A stretch of 33,690 bases of DNA. Origin: Akkermansia sp. (GTDB taxonomy: Bacteria; Verrucomicrobiota; Verrucomicrobiia; Limisphaerales; SIBH01). The position numbers and the translations under genes are program-made. How positions within the stretch are numbered: the stretch's first letter is position 1; each line of letters starts with the position of its first letter. The DNA lies in NCBI GenBank assembly GCA_043785945.1, contig JAYVWQ010000078.1:1-33690 (forward strand), in the 5' to 3' direction. The notes beneath the pieces are model-generated. The model ran no database searches. It was given only the letters and a program-made list of their open reading frames with translations, and was not told where the DNA came from. Shown in pieces: positions 14,954 to 23,699 of the stretch.

Positions 14954-17900
14954 ATGGATTCCAAACCGCCCCGCAGCATCGTCCACCTCGATGCGGATGC
15001 TTTCTTCGCCGCCTGCGAGCAGGCGGCGGATGCGAAGCTGCGCGGCCAGCCCGTGGCGGTGGGCGGCACGGCGCGCGGCATTATCGCCTCGGCCTCCTAC
15101 GAGGCGCGCAAGTTTGGCGTGTTCACGCCCATGCCGACGGTGCGGGCGCGCAAGCTCTGCCCCAAGCTCATCGTGTTGTCCGGCGACTACGAACGTTACG
15201 AGTGGTTTTCCGACACGATGTTCGGCTACTGCCTGGACTTCACGCCCGACGTGGAACAGACCTCGATTGATGAAGGCTACTGCGACCTGACGGCCAACCG
15301 GACGAAGAGCGCGGTGGTGATTGCGCAAATCATCCGCAAGGCGATCACGCAACGGCTGAAAATCACGGTCAGTGAAGGGGTGGGTTCCAACAAGCTCATC
15401 AGCTCGGTCGCGTCGAAGTTCAACAAGCCGGCCGCGTTTTACGAAGTGCGGCCGGGCAGCGAGCGGGCCTTTCTCAGTCCCCTGCCGGTCAAGTGGCTGC
15501 CCGGCGTGGGGCCGAAAACCAGTCTGCGCCTGAACGCGGCGGGACTGGGGCGCATTGAGCAAATCGCTGCGACTCCCTTGGACATGCTGGAGCTGGTGCT
15601 GGGCAGTCAGGCCGCGACCATCCGACAGTTCGCCCACGGCCTTGATGATCGGTTGCTCGTGCCCAAACAGGCGCGGCAGAAGACGTTCAGCAAGCAGGAG
15701 ACGTTTGGCGCAGACATCACCGATGAGGAATACGCGGAAGCCGTCTTGCGCCGCATGGCCGATGAACTCTTTGCCGACGTGCGCGCCGAGGGGCGCACCG
15801 TCCGCACGCTCAACGTGCGGGTGCGCTACAACGACATGGGCGAGGATCAGTTGAGCGAGAGCCTGGCGGAACCGACCGATCTGGAAACCGACATTTACGC
15901 GCGGCTGCACACCATGCTGCGCAAGGCTTGGAAGCGGCGCGTGAGCCTGCGCCTCGTCTCGCTCAAACTCTCCAACCTTTACGACGGCCGCTTTCGCAGT
16001 GAACTGCCGTTGGAAGTGTCGGCGCAACGACAGGAGGCGCGGGGCAAACTCGCCGGGGTGATAGATGAACTGCGCCGGGTGCATGGTCACTCCGCCCTTT
16101 TGCGCGGCCATGACTTCCGGCTGCGGACCCCGCCCCGCGCGGCATTGGAAGAAGTGCCGAAGACTGCGCCGCGCCGCCTCTCCATCATCATTCGTCCTGC
16201 CAAGGTCACGACCTTCGCCCCGCTGCGGATGCACAGTCATTATTCGTTTCTCGACTCGGTGCTTTCCCCCACGGCGCTGGTGGAACTGGCGCGGCAACAT
16301 CACTTGCCCGCCGTGGCCCTGACCGACACCGGCAACCTGCATGGCGCGGTGGAGTTCGTGCAGGCCGCGCAGAAGGCCGGGATCAAACCAATCGTCGGTG
16401 TGGAACTGCCCGTGGAGGGCGGCAGCCTGCTGCTCTACGTCGAGTCGGCGCGCGGCTATCACCAACTCTGCCGTCTGCTCTCGCGCCATGCGGAGCGCAG
16501 CGCCCACGATGGCGATGAAAGCTCGGTCGCGAACCAACAGCGCCGCCCCTTTCGCCGCTCGGAACTGGAAGGCGGCACCGATGGACTGCTCGCAGCGGGC
16601 GATGACGCGGGCTGGGCGGAACTGTTTCCGCAACGCTTCTACCGCCTCGTCACCTCGCGCCAGACGCCCAATGACTTTCCCGCCGTGGCGGCTCCGGCGG
16701 TGCGTTACGCCCTGCCCGGCGACCGGCAGAAATACGACATCGTGCAAAGCATCCGCACGCTGACCCTGCTCCGTGAGACGCATCCCGAGAAGCACGCGGA
16801 CGGGCGCTTTCATTTTCGTCCCCCGGCGGAACTGCTGGGCGCGTGCGGTTCGCATCCCGAATGGCTGCACCACACTTTGGAAATCGCAGAGCGTTGCCAC
16901 TTCGATTTCCCCTTCGGCAAGCCGCAGTTCCCCGACTTCCATCCGCCCGATGGTTCCACGGCGCGCGCGTTCCTGCGCCGCCTCGTCATGGACGGGCTGC
17001 GTTCGCGCTACCGCGAGCGGGCCGCGCAGTTTGCCCCGCAGGTGGAGGAGGAGCTGAACATCATCGCTGCCGTGGGCTACGAATCCTACTTCCTCATGGT
17101 CTGGAGCATCTTGCAGGACTGCCGCGCGCGAGGCATTGAGTGGATCACGCGCGGCTCGGCGGCGGATTCGCTCGTGTGCTACTGCCTGCGCATCTCCGGC
17201 GTGTGCCCCGTCCGCTTCGATCTCTACTTCAAGCGATTCCTCAACCCGGAACGGATGGCCCTGCACAAGCTCCCGGACATCGACATTGATTTCCCGCACG
17301 ACCGGAAGGATGACGTGGTGGATCTCATCTTCGCCCGCTACGGCGCGGAGACATGCGCCGTGGTCGGGGGCTTCTCGACGTTCCAGGCGCGCAGTGCCTT
17401 CGCCGAGTGTGCGAAAGTTTTAGGTGTGGGCGAGCGCGACGTGCGCAAGTTCACCGAGCGTTTTCCCTGGGGCTTCGGCGGCGGCTGGGTGCCGGATGAA
17501 ACCGCGCCCAAGGCCGGTGCGGCGCTGGTGGAACTGTTGCAGGCCAGTCCCGAAACGCGCGACCTGCCAGTGGGTGAAGAGCCTTATCGCACCGCGCTGG
17601 AAATGGCCACGGTGCTGGATGGCCGTCCGCGTTATCCGAAAATGCACCCCTGCGGCGTGGTCCTGTCCTGCCAGCCCATGCACGAACTCACCCCGACCTT
17701 CATCTCAAACAAGCGCCGGGCCACCACCCACTACGACATGGATGGCGTCGAGGAAATCGGCCTGGTGAAGATGGACATTCTCGCGCAAGGCGGACTGGCC
17801 GCGATGCGCGACGCGAAGGATGCGCTGGCCCGGCGCGGCCTCATCGTCGATTTGGAAACCTTGGAGCCTTGGGACGATCCCGAAGTGTGGGAGATGATCG

Positions 17901-19267
17901 CCAGCGGCGGCGCGCGCGCCGTGCATCACATCGAGTCGCCCGCCATGATCAACCTCTGCCGCATGACCAACGTGCGGGAGATCGATGGCATCATTGCCAT
18001 CGTCTCCGTCATTCGTCCCGGCGCAGCGAATGAGTCCAAGAAACTTTCCTTCACCCGGCGTTATCAGGGCATGGAACCGGTTCACTATCCGCACCCCTCG
18101 CTGGAGCCGTGCTTGCGCAGCACCTTCGGACTGGTGGTCTATGAGGAACACATCCTGCAAATCTGCGAAGCCTTCGCCGGTCTGCCCGCCGGCCGCGCGG
18201 ATGTCCTGCGCCGGGCGCTGGTGAAACAGAAGCGCGCCGTCGTCGCCGAGATTGCCTTGGAGTTTGATGCGAGCGCCCGAGCGCGCGGACACGACGAGGC
18301 GAAGATTGCCGAAGTGTGGGAACTGGTCACGGGCTTCAACGGCTACGCTTTCAACAAGGCGCACTCCACGGCCTACGGGGTCGAGGCTTATCAGGCCGCG
18401 TGGCTGAAACGCTATCACCCGGCCGAGTTCATGGCCGGTGTGCTGACCAACGGCAAAGGCTTTTATCATCCGCTCGTCTATGTGCTCGAATGTCATCGGC
18501 TCGGCCTGAAGTTCCTGCCGGCGTCGGTCAACGAGCCGGGGCCGTCCTTCGTGCCGCATGGCCCGGCCATCCGCGTGCCGTTGACCCGCGTGAAGGGATT
18601 GACCACGCGCACCACGGATCGCCTCGTCGCCGCGCGGTTGGAAGGCGCGTTCACTTCGCTACGCGATTTTTTTCACCGCGTTGCGCCCACAGGCGAAGAA
18701 CTGGAGGCCATGATCCGTGCCGGAGCTTTCGATGAGTTCGGAGACGCACGCACGCGGCAGTTCTGGCAGGCGCAGCATCTGTTGAAGACTTTCGCGGGCA
18801 CCGCCGAGCCGGGCCAGGCATGGCTGCTGCCCCCACCGGGCTTGGAACAACTGCCCGGCCTTCCGCTCAATGAGCCGACGCGGCTGGAACGCCTGCAATC
18901 AGAAACGGAATTGTTCGGCTTCGCCGTCAGCGGCCATCCGCTCGAACTGTTCCCCGATGTGGCGTGGGACACATATTGCCCGGTCAATCGTCTCGGTCAG
19001 TTCATTGGTGAGACGGTCACAACTTGCGGCCTGGTGGTGGAACAACGCACGCATCATCAAGCCACGGGCGAGCCAATGAAATTCATGTCCATCGCCGACC
19101 GCACGGGCATCGTGGAAACAGAAATGTTCGCCGACAGCTACCGCAGCCACGCGCTCGCCACTGTCCGCTATCCGGTGCTGGAAGTGACGGCGACCGTCGA
19201 GCCATTCGAGAATGGACGCGGCTTTTCGTTGCGGATCATCAGGGCCGGAGAACCTAGGAAGAAGTAA
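14954..19267 (+). CDS. dnaE2: Single-ORF fusion: DinB-like Y-family DNA polymerase (aa 1 to about 350) + linker + DnaE2 error-prone Pol III alpha-like polymerase (aa about 421-1437)
   Basis: Y-family part: IVHLDADAFFAACEQ, SIDEGYCDLT (acidic catalytic residues present), NKLISSVASKFNKP and LPGVGPKT, plus a little-finger region. DnaE2 part: PHP domain FAPLRMHSHYSFLDS..VALTDTGNLHGAVEF, palm LPDIDIDFPHDRKDDV, KMDILAQGGL, and C-terminal OB fold (TVTTCGLVVEQR..MKFMSIADRTG). No stop or frame change lies between the parts. Confidence 0.85.
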   Translation: MDSKPPRSIVHLDADAFFAACEQAADAKLRGQPVAVGGTARGIIASASYEARKFGVFTPMPTVRARKLCPKLIVLSGDYERYEWFSDTMFGYCLDFTPDVEQTSIDEGYCDLTANRTKSAVVIAQIIRKAITQRLKITVSEGVGSNKLISSVASKFNKPAAFYEVRPGSERAFLSPLPVKWLPGVGPKTSLRLNAAGLGRIEQIAATPLDMLELVLGSQAATIRQFAHGLDDRLLVPKQARQKTFSKQETFGADITDEEYAEAVLRRMADELFADVRAEGRTVRTLNVRVRYNDMGEDQLSESLAEPTDLETDIYARLHTMLRKAWKRRVSLRLVSLKLSNLYDGRFRSELPLEVSAQRQEARGKLAGVIDELRRVHGHSALLRGHDFRLRTPPRAALEEVPKTAPRRLSIIIRPAKVTTFAPLRMHSHYSFLDSVLSPTALVELARQHHLPAVALTDTGNLHGAVEFVQAAQKAGIKPIVGVELPVEGGSLLLYVESARGYHQLCRLLSRHAERSAHDGDESSVANQQRRPFRRSELEGGTDGLLAAGDDAGWAELFPQRFYRLVTSRQTPNDFPAVAAPAVRYALPGDRQKYDIVQSIRTLTLLRETHPEKHADGRFHFRPPAELLGACGSHPEWLHHTLEIAERCHFDFPFGKPQFPDFHPPDGSTARAFLRRLVMDGLRSRYRERAAQFAPQVEEELNIIAAVGYESYFLMVWSILQDCRARGIEWITRGSAADSLVCYCLRISGVCPVRFDLYFKRFLNPERMALHKLPDIDIDFPHDRKDDVVDLIFARYGAETCAVVGGFSTFQARSAFAECAKVLGVGERDVRKFTERFPWGFGGGWVPDETAPKAGAALVELLQASPETRDLPVGEEPYRTALEMATVLDGRPRYPKMHPCGVVLSCQPMHELTPTFISNKRRATTHYDMDGVEEIGLVKMDILAQGGLAAMRDAKDALARRGLIVDLETLEPWDDPEVWEMIASGGARAVHHIESPAMINLCRMTNVREIDGIIAIVSVIRPGAANESKKLSFTRRYQGMEPVHYPHPSLEPCLRSTFGLVVYEEHILQICEAFAGLPAGRADVLRRALVKQKRAVVAEIALEFDASARARGHDEAKIAEVWELVTGFNGYAFNKAHSTAYGVEAYQAAWLKRYHPAEFMAGVLTNGKGFYHPLVYVLECHRLGLKFLPASVNEPGPSFVPHGPAIRVPLTRVKGLTTRTTDRLVAARLEGAFTSLRDFFHRVAPTGEELEAMIRAGAFDEFGDARTRQFWQAQHLLKTFAGTAEPGQAWLLPPPGLEQLPGLPLNEPTRLERLQSETELFGFAVSGHPLELFPDVAWDTYCPVNRLGQFIGETVTTCGLVVEQRTHHQATGEPMKFMSIADRTGIVETEMFADSYRSHALATVRYPVLEVTATVEPFENGRGFSLRIIRAGEPRKK

Positions 19268-19268
19268 C

Positions 19269-19616
19269 ATGGCTGTCGGTCAACTCTGGCTCTTTCCGCC
19301 GCCCCGACCTCTCGTCGAACGACTGGGTGAGGAGTTCTTTCGCACCCTGCCCACTGCGCCCGGCGTCTATCTCATGTGCGGCGAGCGCGAAGGCGTTCTT
19401 TACGTGGGCAAGGCGCGCAATCTGCGCAAGCGCCTCTCCAGCTACCGGGTCGCGAATCCCGAACGCCTCCCGCGTCGCATCATCCGCCTGCTGTATCAAG
19501 TTCGCCGCATCGAATTGGATGTGTGTGCCACGGAAGCCGCCGCACGGCACCGGGAGGAGGAATTGATCGGTGTCCTGCAACCGCGCTTCAATCGGGCTGG
19601 CGTGGTGTGGCCGTGA
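19269..19616 (+). CDS. Stand-alone GIY-YIG nuclease-domain protein (UvrC N-terminal / Cho-like), 115 aa
   Basis: The ATG lies 1 nt after the dnaE2 TAA (19265-19267). PGVYLMCGEREGVLYVGKARNLRKRLSSY closely matches the UvrC GIY-YIG signature. The downstream EEELIGVLQPRFNRAG supplies the conserved Glu and Asn. Confidence 0.8.
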   Translation: MAVGQLWLFPPPRPLVERLGEEFFRTLPTAPGVYLMCGEREGVLYVGKARNLRKRLSSYRVANPERLPRRIIRLLYQVRRIELDVCATEAAARHREEELIGVLQPRFNRAGVVWP

Positions 19617-19801
19617 TGCGACTTCACAGTGCCACCGCGCTGGCCTTCTTGCGTTCTAGAATCCCGCGATCAGATTCTGGAACGAGTGTCGTGTTGTCAC
19701 GGATGCAGCACAATACTTCTACGGAAATTCCCGAAAGGCTTTGCTTGCTAGCCGCCGTTCCGATAGTGGTTACCACCACAAATCCTTTTCTACTAAGCAA
19801 C

Positions 19802-21208
19802 ATGGAAATTCGCTTCTCATGCCCTGGCTGTTCACAACATCTTTCGGTTTCGCCGCGAGCAGCAGGACAAGCGGTTGAGTGTCCATCGTGCGGCCAGACT
19901 ATGACGGTTCCTTCTGCTTCGCCCGAACCGCCCTCGCTGGTGCCGACTCCCGAATCAGCTTCTGATCACACCGAAACTTTCGTGGTGCCAGCTCATGCTC
20001 CACCTCCCCCGCGCACGGATCAAGGCGATCTGACTTGTCCGGTCTGCTGGTTGAAATTTGACGCTGGAGACGTGATGCACGTCGCGGTGCATGACTCCCT
20101 GCGCGGCGATCCGGTGCTGGGGGAGGACGCACCACAACGCTTCCACGCCACGCGCTTCAACGACGCCAGCCAGGCGCTTGATGCGATGGGGCTGCCGTGC
20201 CTCGACGTGGCTTGTCCGCATTGTCGGCGCAAGTTTCCTCCCGGCTTTCTGGATGTGCCGTATCACATCATCTCATTGGTCGGTGATCAGAGCGCGGGCA
20301 AGTCGTATTACCTCAGCGTGATGGCGAAGGTATTCCCGGCGAGTCTGTACCGGCATTTCGGCGTCACCTGCCAGGACGCGGACCCGACCGGCAACGCACC
20401 GCTCAACGACATGAAAAGCGTGCTCTTTAGCGCGCAATCGCCGGAACAGGCACGTCTTGCCAAGACGCAACTCGAAGGCGCGATGTACGAACGCCTGCCG
20501 CGTCACGGTCGCATGGTCGCGCTGCCCAAACCTTTTGTTTATTCCTTGCGCGGCAATCACGGCGGCGACTCGGCGTGTTCTCTGATTTTTTACGACAACG
20601 CTGGCGAGCATTTTCAACCGGGCCGCGACGTAACGGAACAACCCGGTGCGCTGCATGTGGCGAGCGCGGCAGGTATTCTGTTTCTGTTTGATCCGTTCAA
20701 CAGCCCGGAGTTTCGCAAGTGCATCGGACGGACGGATGATCCGCAGATGGAAAAGCCCGCCATCGATCAACAAGACGTGATTCTTTCGGAAATGCGGTCG
20801 CGCATTCAAAAGATTCGGAACTTGCGCAGTGGGGAAAAAATCCCAACACCGCTCGCCGTGCTCGTGGGCAAGTGCGATGCGTGGCTGCACTTGCTCGAAG
20901 GCGGACCGCTGGCGCATCCGCTCGTGAACGGTGCGCTCTCACTCGACATCATTCGCACCAATTCGCGGCGCATCCGGGAATTTCTCGTTTCCGCCTGCCC
21001 AACGGTCGTGGCGAACGCCGAGGCGTTGAGCGAACATGTTGTCTTTTTCGCCGTCAGTGCGTTCGGTCACACGCCTGTAAAAATTGCGGGCAACGCCTAC
21101 GTGCCCGATCCCGCGCAGTTGGCTCCGGTGCAAGTGGAAGTCCCGCCGCTCTGGTTGTTGTCGCAAATTTCGCCGGGCCTCGTGCGGGCCACGGAAACCG
21201 TCGCCTGA
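19802..21208 (+). CDS. Double zinc-ribbon + Ras-like (TRAFAC) GTPase, 468 aa
   Basis: I prefer the start MEIRFSCPGC at 19802. The ORF-track extension back to 19376 overlaps the GIY-YIG gene and is Arg/Pro-rich junk. ZnR1 is CPGC-x16-CPSC. ZnR2 is CPVC...CPHC. G1 is GDQSAGKS (20282..20305), G3 is DNAGE (20594..20608), G4-like is VGKCD (20866..20877) and G5-like is VSAFG. Confidence 0.85.
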   Translation: MEIRFSCPGCSQHLSVSPRAAGQAVECPSCGQTMTVPSASPEPPSLVPTPESASDHTETFVVPAHAPPPPRTDQGDLTCPVCWLKFDAGDVMHVAVHDSLRGDPVLGEDAPQRFHATRFNDASQALDAMGLPCLDVACPHCRRKFPPGFLDVPYHIISLVGDQSAGKSYYLSVMAKVFPASLYRHFGVTCQDADPTGNAPLNDMKSVLFSAQSPEQARLAKTQLEGAMYERLPRHGRMVALPKPFVYSLRGNHGGDSACSLIFYDNAGEHFQPGRDVTEQPGALHVASAAGILFLFDPFNSPEFRKCIGRTDDPQMEKPAIDQQDVILSEMRSRIQKIRNLRSGEKIPTPLAVLVGKCDAWLHLLEGGPLAHPLVNGALSLDIIRTNSRRIREFLVSACPTVVANAEALSEHVVFFAVSAFGHTPVKIAGNAYVPDPAQLAPVQVEVPPLWLLSQISPGLVRATETVA

Positions 21209-21209
21209 C

Positions 21210-23699
21210 ATGCCGCAGCAACTCATCTACACCAGCGCACCGCGCGGACTGGCGGCAGGCCGGGCCGGCTTTTGCACGGTGGCGATGAGTGTGGGATTGC
21301 GTGAGGCGCTGGCGCTGAAACTGGAGCAGATCAGTTACTTCGATCATGGCGCGATGGGCGCGGGTGAGCAGGTGATTCGCGCCTTTCGTCTCATAGACCT
21401 TCGGGGCACCCGTTATTTTGTCCTCTCACGCGTGCAGGATTGCGGACTCGATTTCACGCAACGAACTAATTTCATCGCGCACCATCTGATCTTCACGCCG
21501 GAAGAAGTTTCTGACGTTGCCAGGCCACCGGAAATCTTCCGGCAATGGAACGGCTGGCTGACTCGCTGGGATGGTGAGCCAAGCGTTTTATCGGATAATG
21601 ACTGGGGCAACCTCTATGCAATTCCCAGCCGCCAGCCGCCGGCCCGCGCCTGGGCGCGACTCGCTGGCGATGCGATGAACGCCTTTGCTCTCCTTGAAAC
21701 GTCCGGTCTCCTGTTGAACGTCGAGGGCGTGGCGGATGACGCCGTGCTCGATTTGTTTGCCGAGTCCTTGGCGCTGCTGGAAGCGCGCGAGGCCCGCGAC
21801 TTCCGTGCCGCCGCCTGGCAGTTCACTTTCACCACGGCTTTACAGAATCAGGATGCCCCGGCGGAGTTTCGCTGGCGCTGCGTGCGCGGCGATGGCGGAG
21901 GGTTGACCAACCTAGGCTCGGCGCGCGTTCAGCCGCTGCTGCAACTTCGTCCGGCCCGCGTCAGCGTGGGCGAAGCGTCGTTCGCACGCTCCGGCTATCA
22001 GCCGCCGAAGATTCTCGCGGAGCCGAAAGACGCTTACGCAAGTGAAGGCGAAAGCGTGACATTGCGCGTGGACGTGAGCGGCCTGCCAACGCCGAATCGT
22101 TTCCAGTGGTTCAGTCTCTCCCGCACTGGCGCGGAAGAACCCCTCGCCGACGCGAGCAGCGCCGAGTTGAGCATCCGTCCGGCGCGCGGGATGAATCGTT
22201 ACTGCGTCAAGATTTCCAATCTGCGTGGTGACACCGTGATGAGCCGCGTGGCGCAAGTCTCCGTGGACGCGGCCGTGAGAGTGCCCGGTCTTCAAGCTCC
22301 TCGCACCACGTCCGCACCGGCGGGCGTTCACCAAACTGCAAGGGCCGCAAAAGAGTGGACGGCTGATCCGTTGGAAGCGGAGACATTTAGGCTCCAAGTG
22401 GAAGAACGCGAACGGAAGCGAAGCCGAAATCGGATGCTTTTAGTAACTGTCGCGGTTTTTGCTCTGGTTGGCATCGTGGTTGGATTCTTGGTGGTGAAAC
22501 GTCCTGACCTTTTTTTGAATCGGCACCGTGCCGATGCTTCGCAATTGGAGGGGAGCGACGAAACTAACAAGACCAATGAGAGAACACCACCTGTCACATC
22601 TCCTGCAAAACCCATACGCGACATTGGGGCCAACGAGCGCGTGGCCGAGTCGCAAGATGCCTTGAAGGAGAAGGTGTTTCTTGCGCTGTTGACAGCGAAG
22701 AGCGACATCCCGATTCGTGGAGCACTTGCCGCGAAGCTGCGGCGCTTTTTCGTCGGAACGACGAACGGATCGCCAATGTCCGTGGCAAGCAGCGATAAGC
22801 CAGATCGGGCGCTACTGCCGAAGGAGAAGGAACAAGAAATCAAAGCAGATCGGAAGATTGACATCAAAATCAGCACCAATTCGCTGCATCTGACGACGAA
22901 CAATACTGACGTGGTTTTGTCAGCTACCGTCTTAAAGAGTCCAGTCCTCCTTCGATTTGTCGATAAGTCTTCACCAATCGGGGAGTCCTTTCAGTTACTT
23001 GTGTGGCCGAATAATCCCGCCGTCCCGGCGGAATTGACGTTCGTTAATGCCCACCTCCAACTCATGGATGGGTGGCCGCAAATCCTTGCCGCGACTGAAG
23101 GTGAACATTTTTTCTTCAACGGGAATCACCCCGACATGGACACGGTTAAAAGCAACAAAATCGAACGCAGCTACGCAATCGAATACAAGCCCGCTTTTGA
23201 GACGAGACGGCGAGATGCAGCCAAAATGTTGACGACATACGAGTCTTGGCGCGACGCAACTGAGAAAATGGTTCGGCTTCGCGACAAGGTCGGCCTTGGG
23301 AAAACCAGCGCAGATTCATTGAATGGCATCTGGGACGAAGTTCAGGCTGTCTGCATCGAAGCTGTCGGAGCGACGCGGCGCGATTTCAATTTCAGCAATC
23401 CTCAAAACGACAATCGAAAAAGCGACGCGCAACGAATTGTGCAGGAATGGCGCTCTTTACGAAAACCAGACTTGGAATTGGCTGAGGCAGCTTTGAGTGG
23501 CCTCACCATTGATGCACTCGAACAAATCGTCGGCAACGGACAGCAATCCATGCGAACGCTTGATGGAGCGCGGCAGACTCTGAAAGAAAGAATCGACAGT
23601 GCGAAAGCGCAACAATCATTCTCCGCAGCCAAGATAACTTGCCAAATCCATTACGGGAAACCCGACGGGCAAGTGCTTGTGCAATTCAAAGTCAAATGA
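21210..23699 (+). CDS. Membrane-anchored protein: GTPase-associated-protein (GAP1-N2)-like N-terminal domain + Ig (I-set-like) domain + TM helix + about 390-aa C-terminal domain of unknown fold
   Basis: The ATG lies 1 nt after the preceding TGA. The N-terminus MPQQLIYTSAPRGLAAGRAGFCTVAMS resembles the QLHYTS..G..GFQ..A.S signature I recall for GAP1-type proteins. The Ig-like segment is PPKILAEPKDAYASEGESVTLRVDVSGLPTPNRFQWF...YCVKISNLRGDTVMSRVAQVSV (about 22002..22270). The TM helix is MLLVTVAVFALVGIVVGFLVV (about 22433..22495). The C-terminal half is visibly more A/T-rich than its surroundings. Confidence 0.8.
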   Translation: MPQQLIYTSAPRGLAAGRAGFCTVAMSVGLREALALKLEQISYFDHGAMGAGEQVIRAFRLIDLRGTRYFVLSRVQDCGLDFTQRTNFIAHHLIFTPEEVSDVARPPEIFRQWNGWLTRWDGEPSVLSDNDWGNLYAIPSRQPPARAWARLAGDAMNAFALLETSGLLLNVEGVADDAVLDLFAESLALLEAREARDFRAAAWQFTFTTALQNQDAPAEFRWRCVRGDGGGLTNLGSARVQPLLQLRPARVSVGEASFARSGYQPPKILAEPKDAYASEGESVTLRVDVSGLPTPNRFQWFSLSRTGAEEPLADASSAELSIRPARGMNRYCVKISNLRGDTVMSRVAQVSVDAAVRVPGLQAPRTTSAPAGVHQTARAAKEWTADPLEAETFRLQVEERERKRSRNRMLLVTVAVFALVGIVVGFLVVKRPDLFLNRHRADASQLEGSDETNKTNERTPPVTSPAKPIRDIGANERVAESQDALKEKVFLALLTAKSDIPIRGALAAKLRRFFVGTTNGSPMSVASSDKPDRALLPKEKEQEIKADRKIDIKISTNSLHLTTNNTDVVLSATVLKSPVLLRFVDKSSPIGESFQLLVWPNNPAVPAELTFVNAHLQLMDGWPQILAATEGEHFFFNGNHPDMDTVKSNKIERSYAIEYKPAFETRRRDAAKMLTTYESWRDATEKMVRLRDKVGLGKTSADSLNGIWDEVQAVCIEAVGATRRDFNFSNPQNDNRKSDAQRIVQEWRSLRKPDLELAEAALSGLTIDALEQIVGNGQQSMRTLDGARQTLKERIDSAKAQQSFSAAKITCQIHYGKPDGQVLVQFKVK

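Noticed and set aside
14864-17299. 811-aa minus-strand ORF overlapping lexA and the dinB-dnaE2 fusion
   Set aside because: It is a shadow ORF. The plus strand encodes unmistakable LexA, Y-family and DnaE2 motifs across the same interval.
19658-19678. Inverted repeat AGAATC-N9-GATTCT and palindrome GTGGTTACCAC (19766..19776) upstream of the seven-gene operon
   Set aside because: These could be operator sites for the operon promoter, but 6-bp arms occur by chance at this length scale. I have no second instance to support a motif.
19376-19801. N-terminal 142-codon extension of the GTPase ORF given in the track (start at 19376)
   Set aside because: It overlaps the well-supported GIY-YIG gene in another frame and translates to Arg/Pro/Ser-rich nonsense. 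The Zn-ribbon start MEIRFSCPGC at 19802 follows a lower-GC intergenic stretch and is the credible start.
21084-21209. Upstream extension of the second operon gene (track start at 21084)
   Set aside because: It overlaps the 3' end of the GTPase gene. The conserved-looking N-terminus MPQQLIYTS begins at the ATG 1 nt after the GTPase stop.
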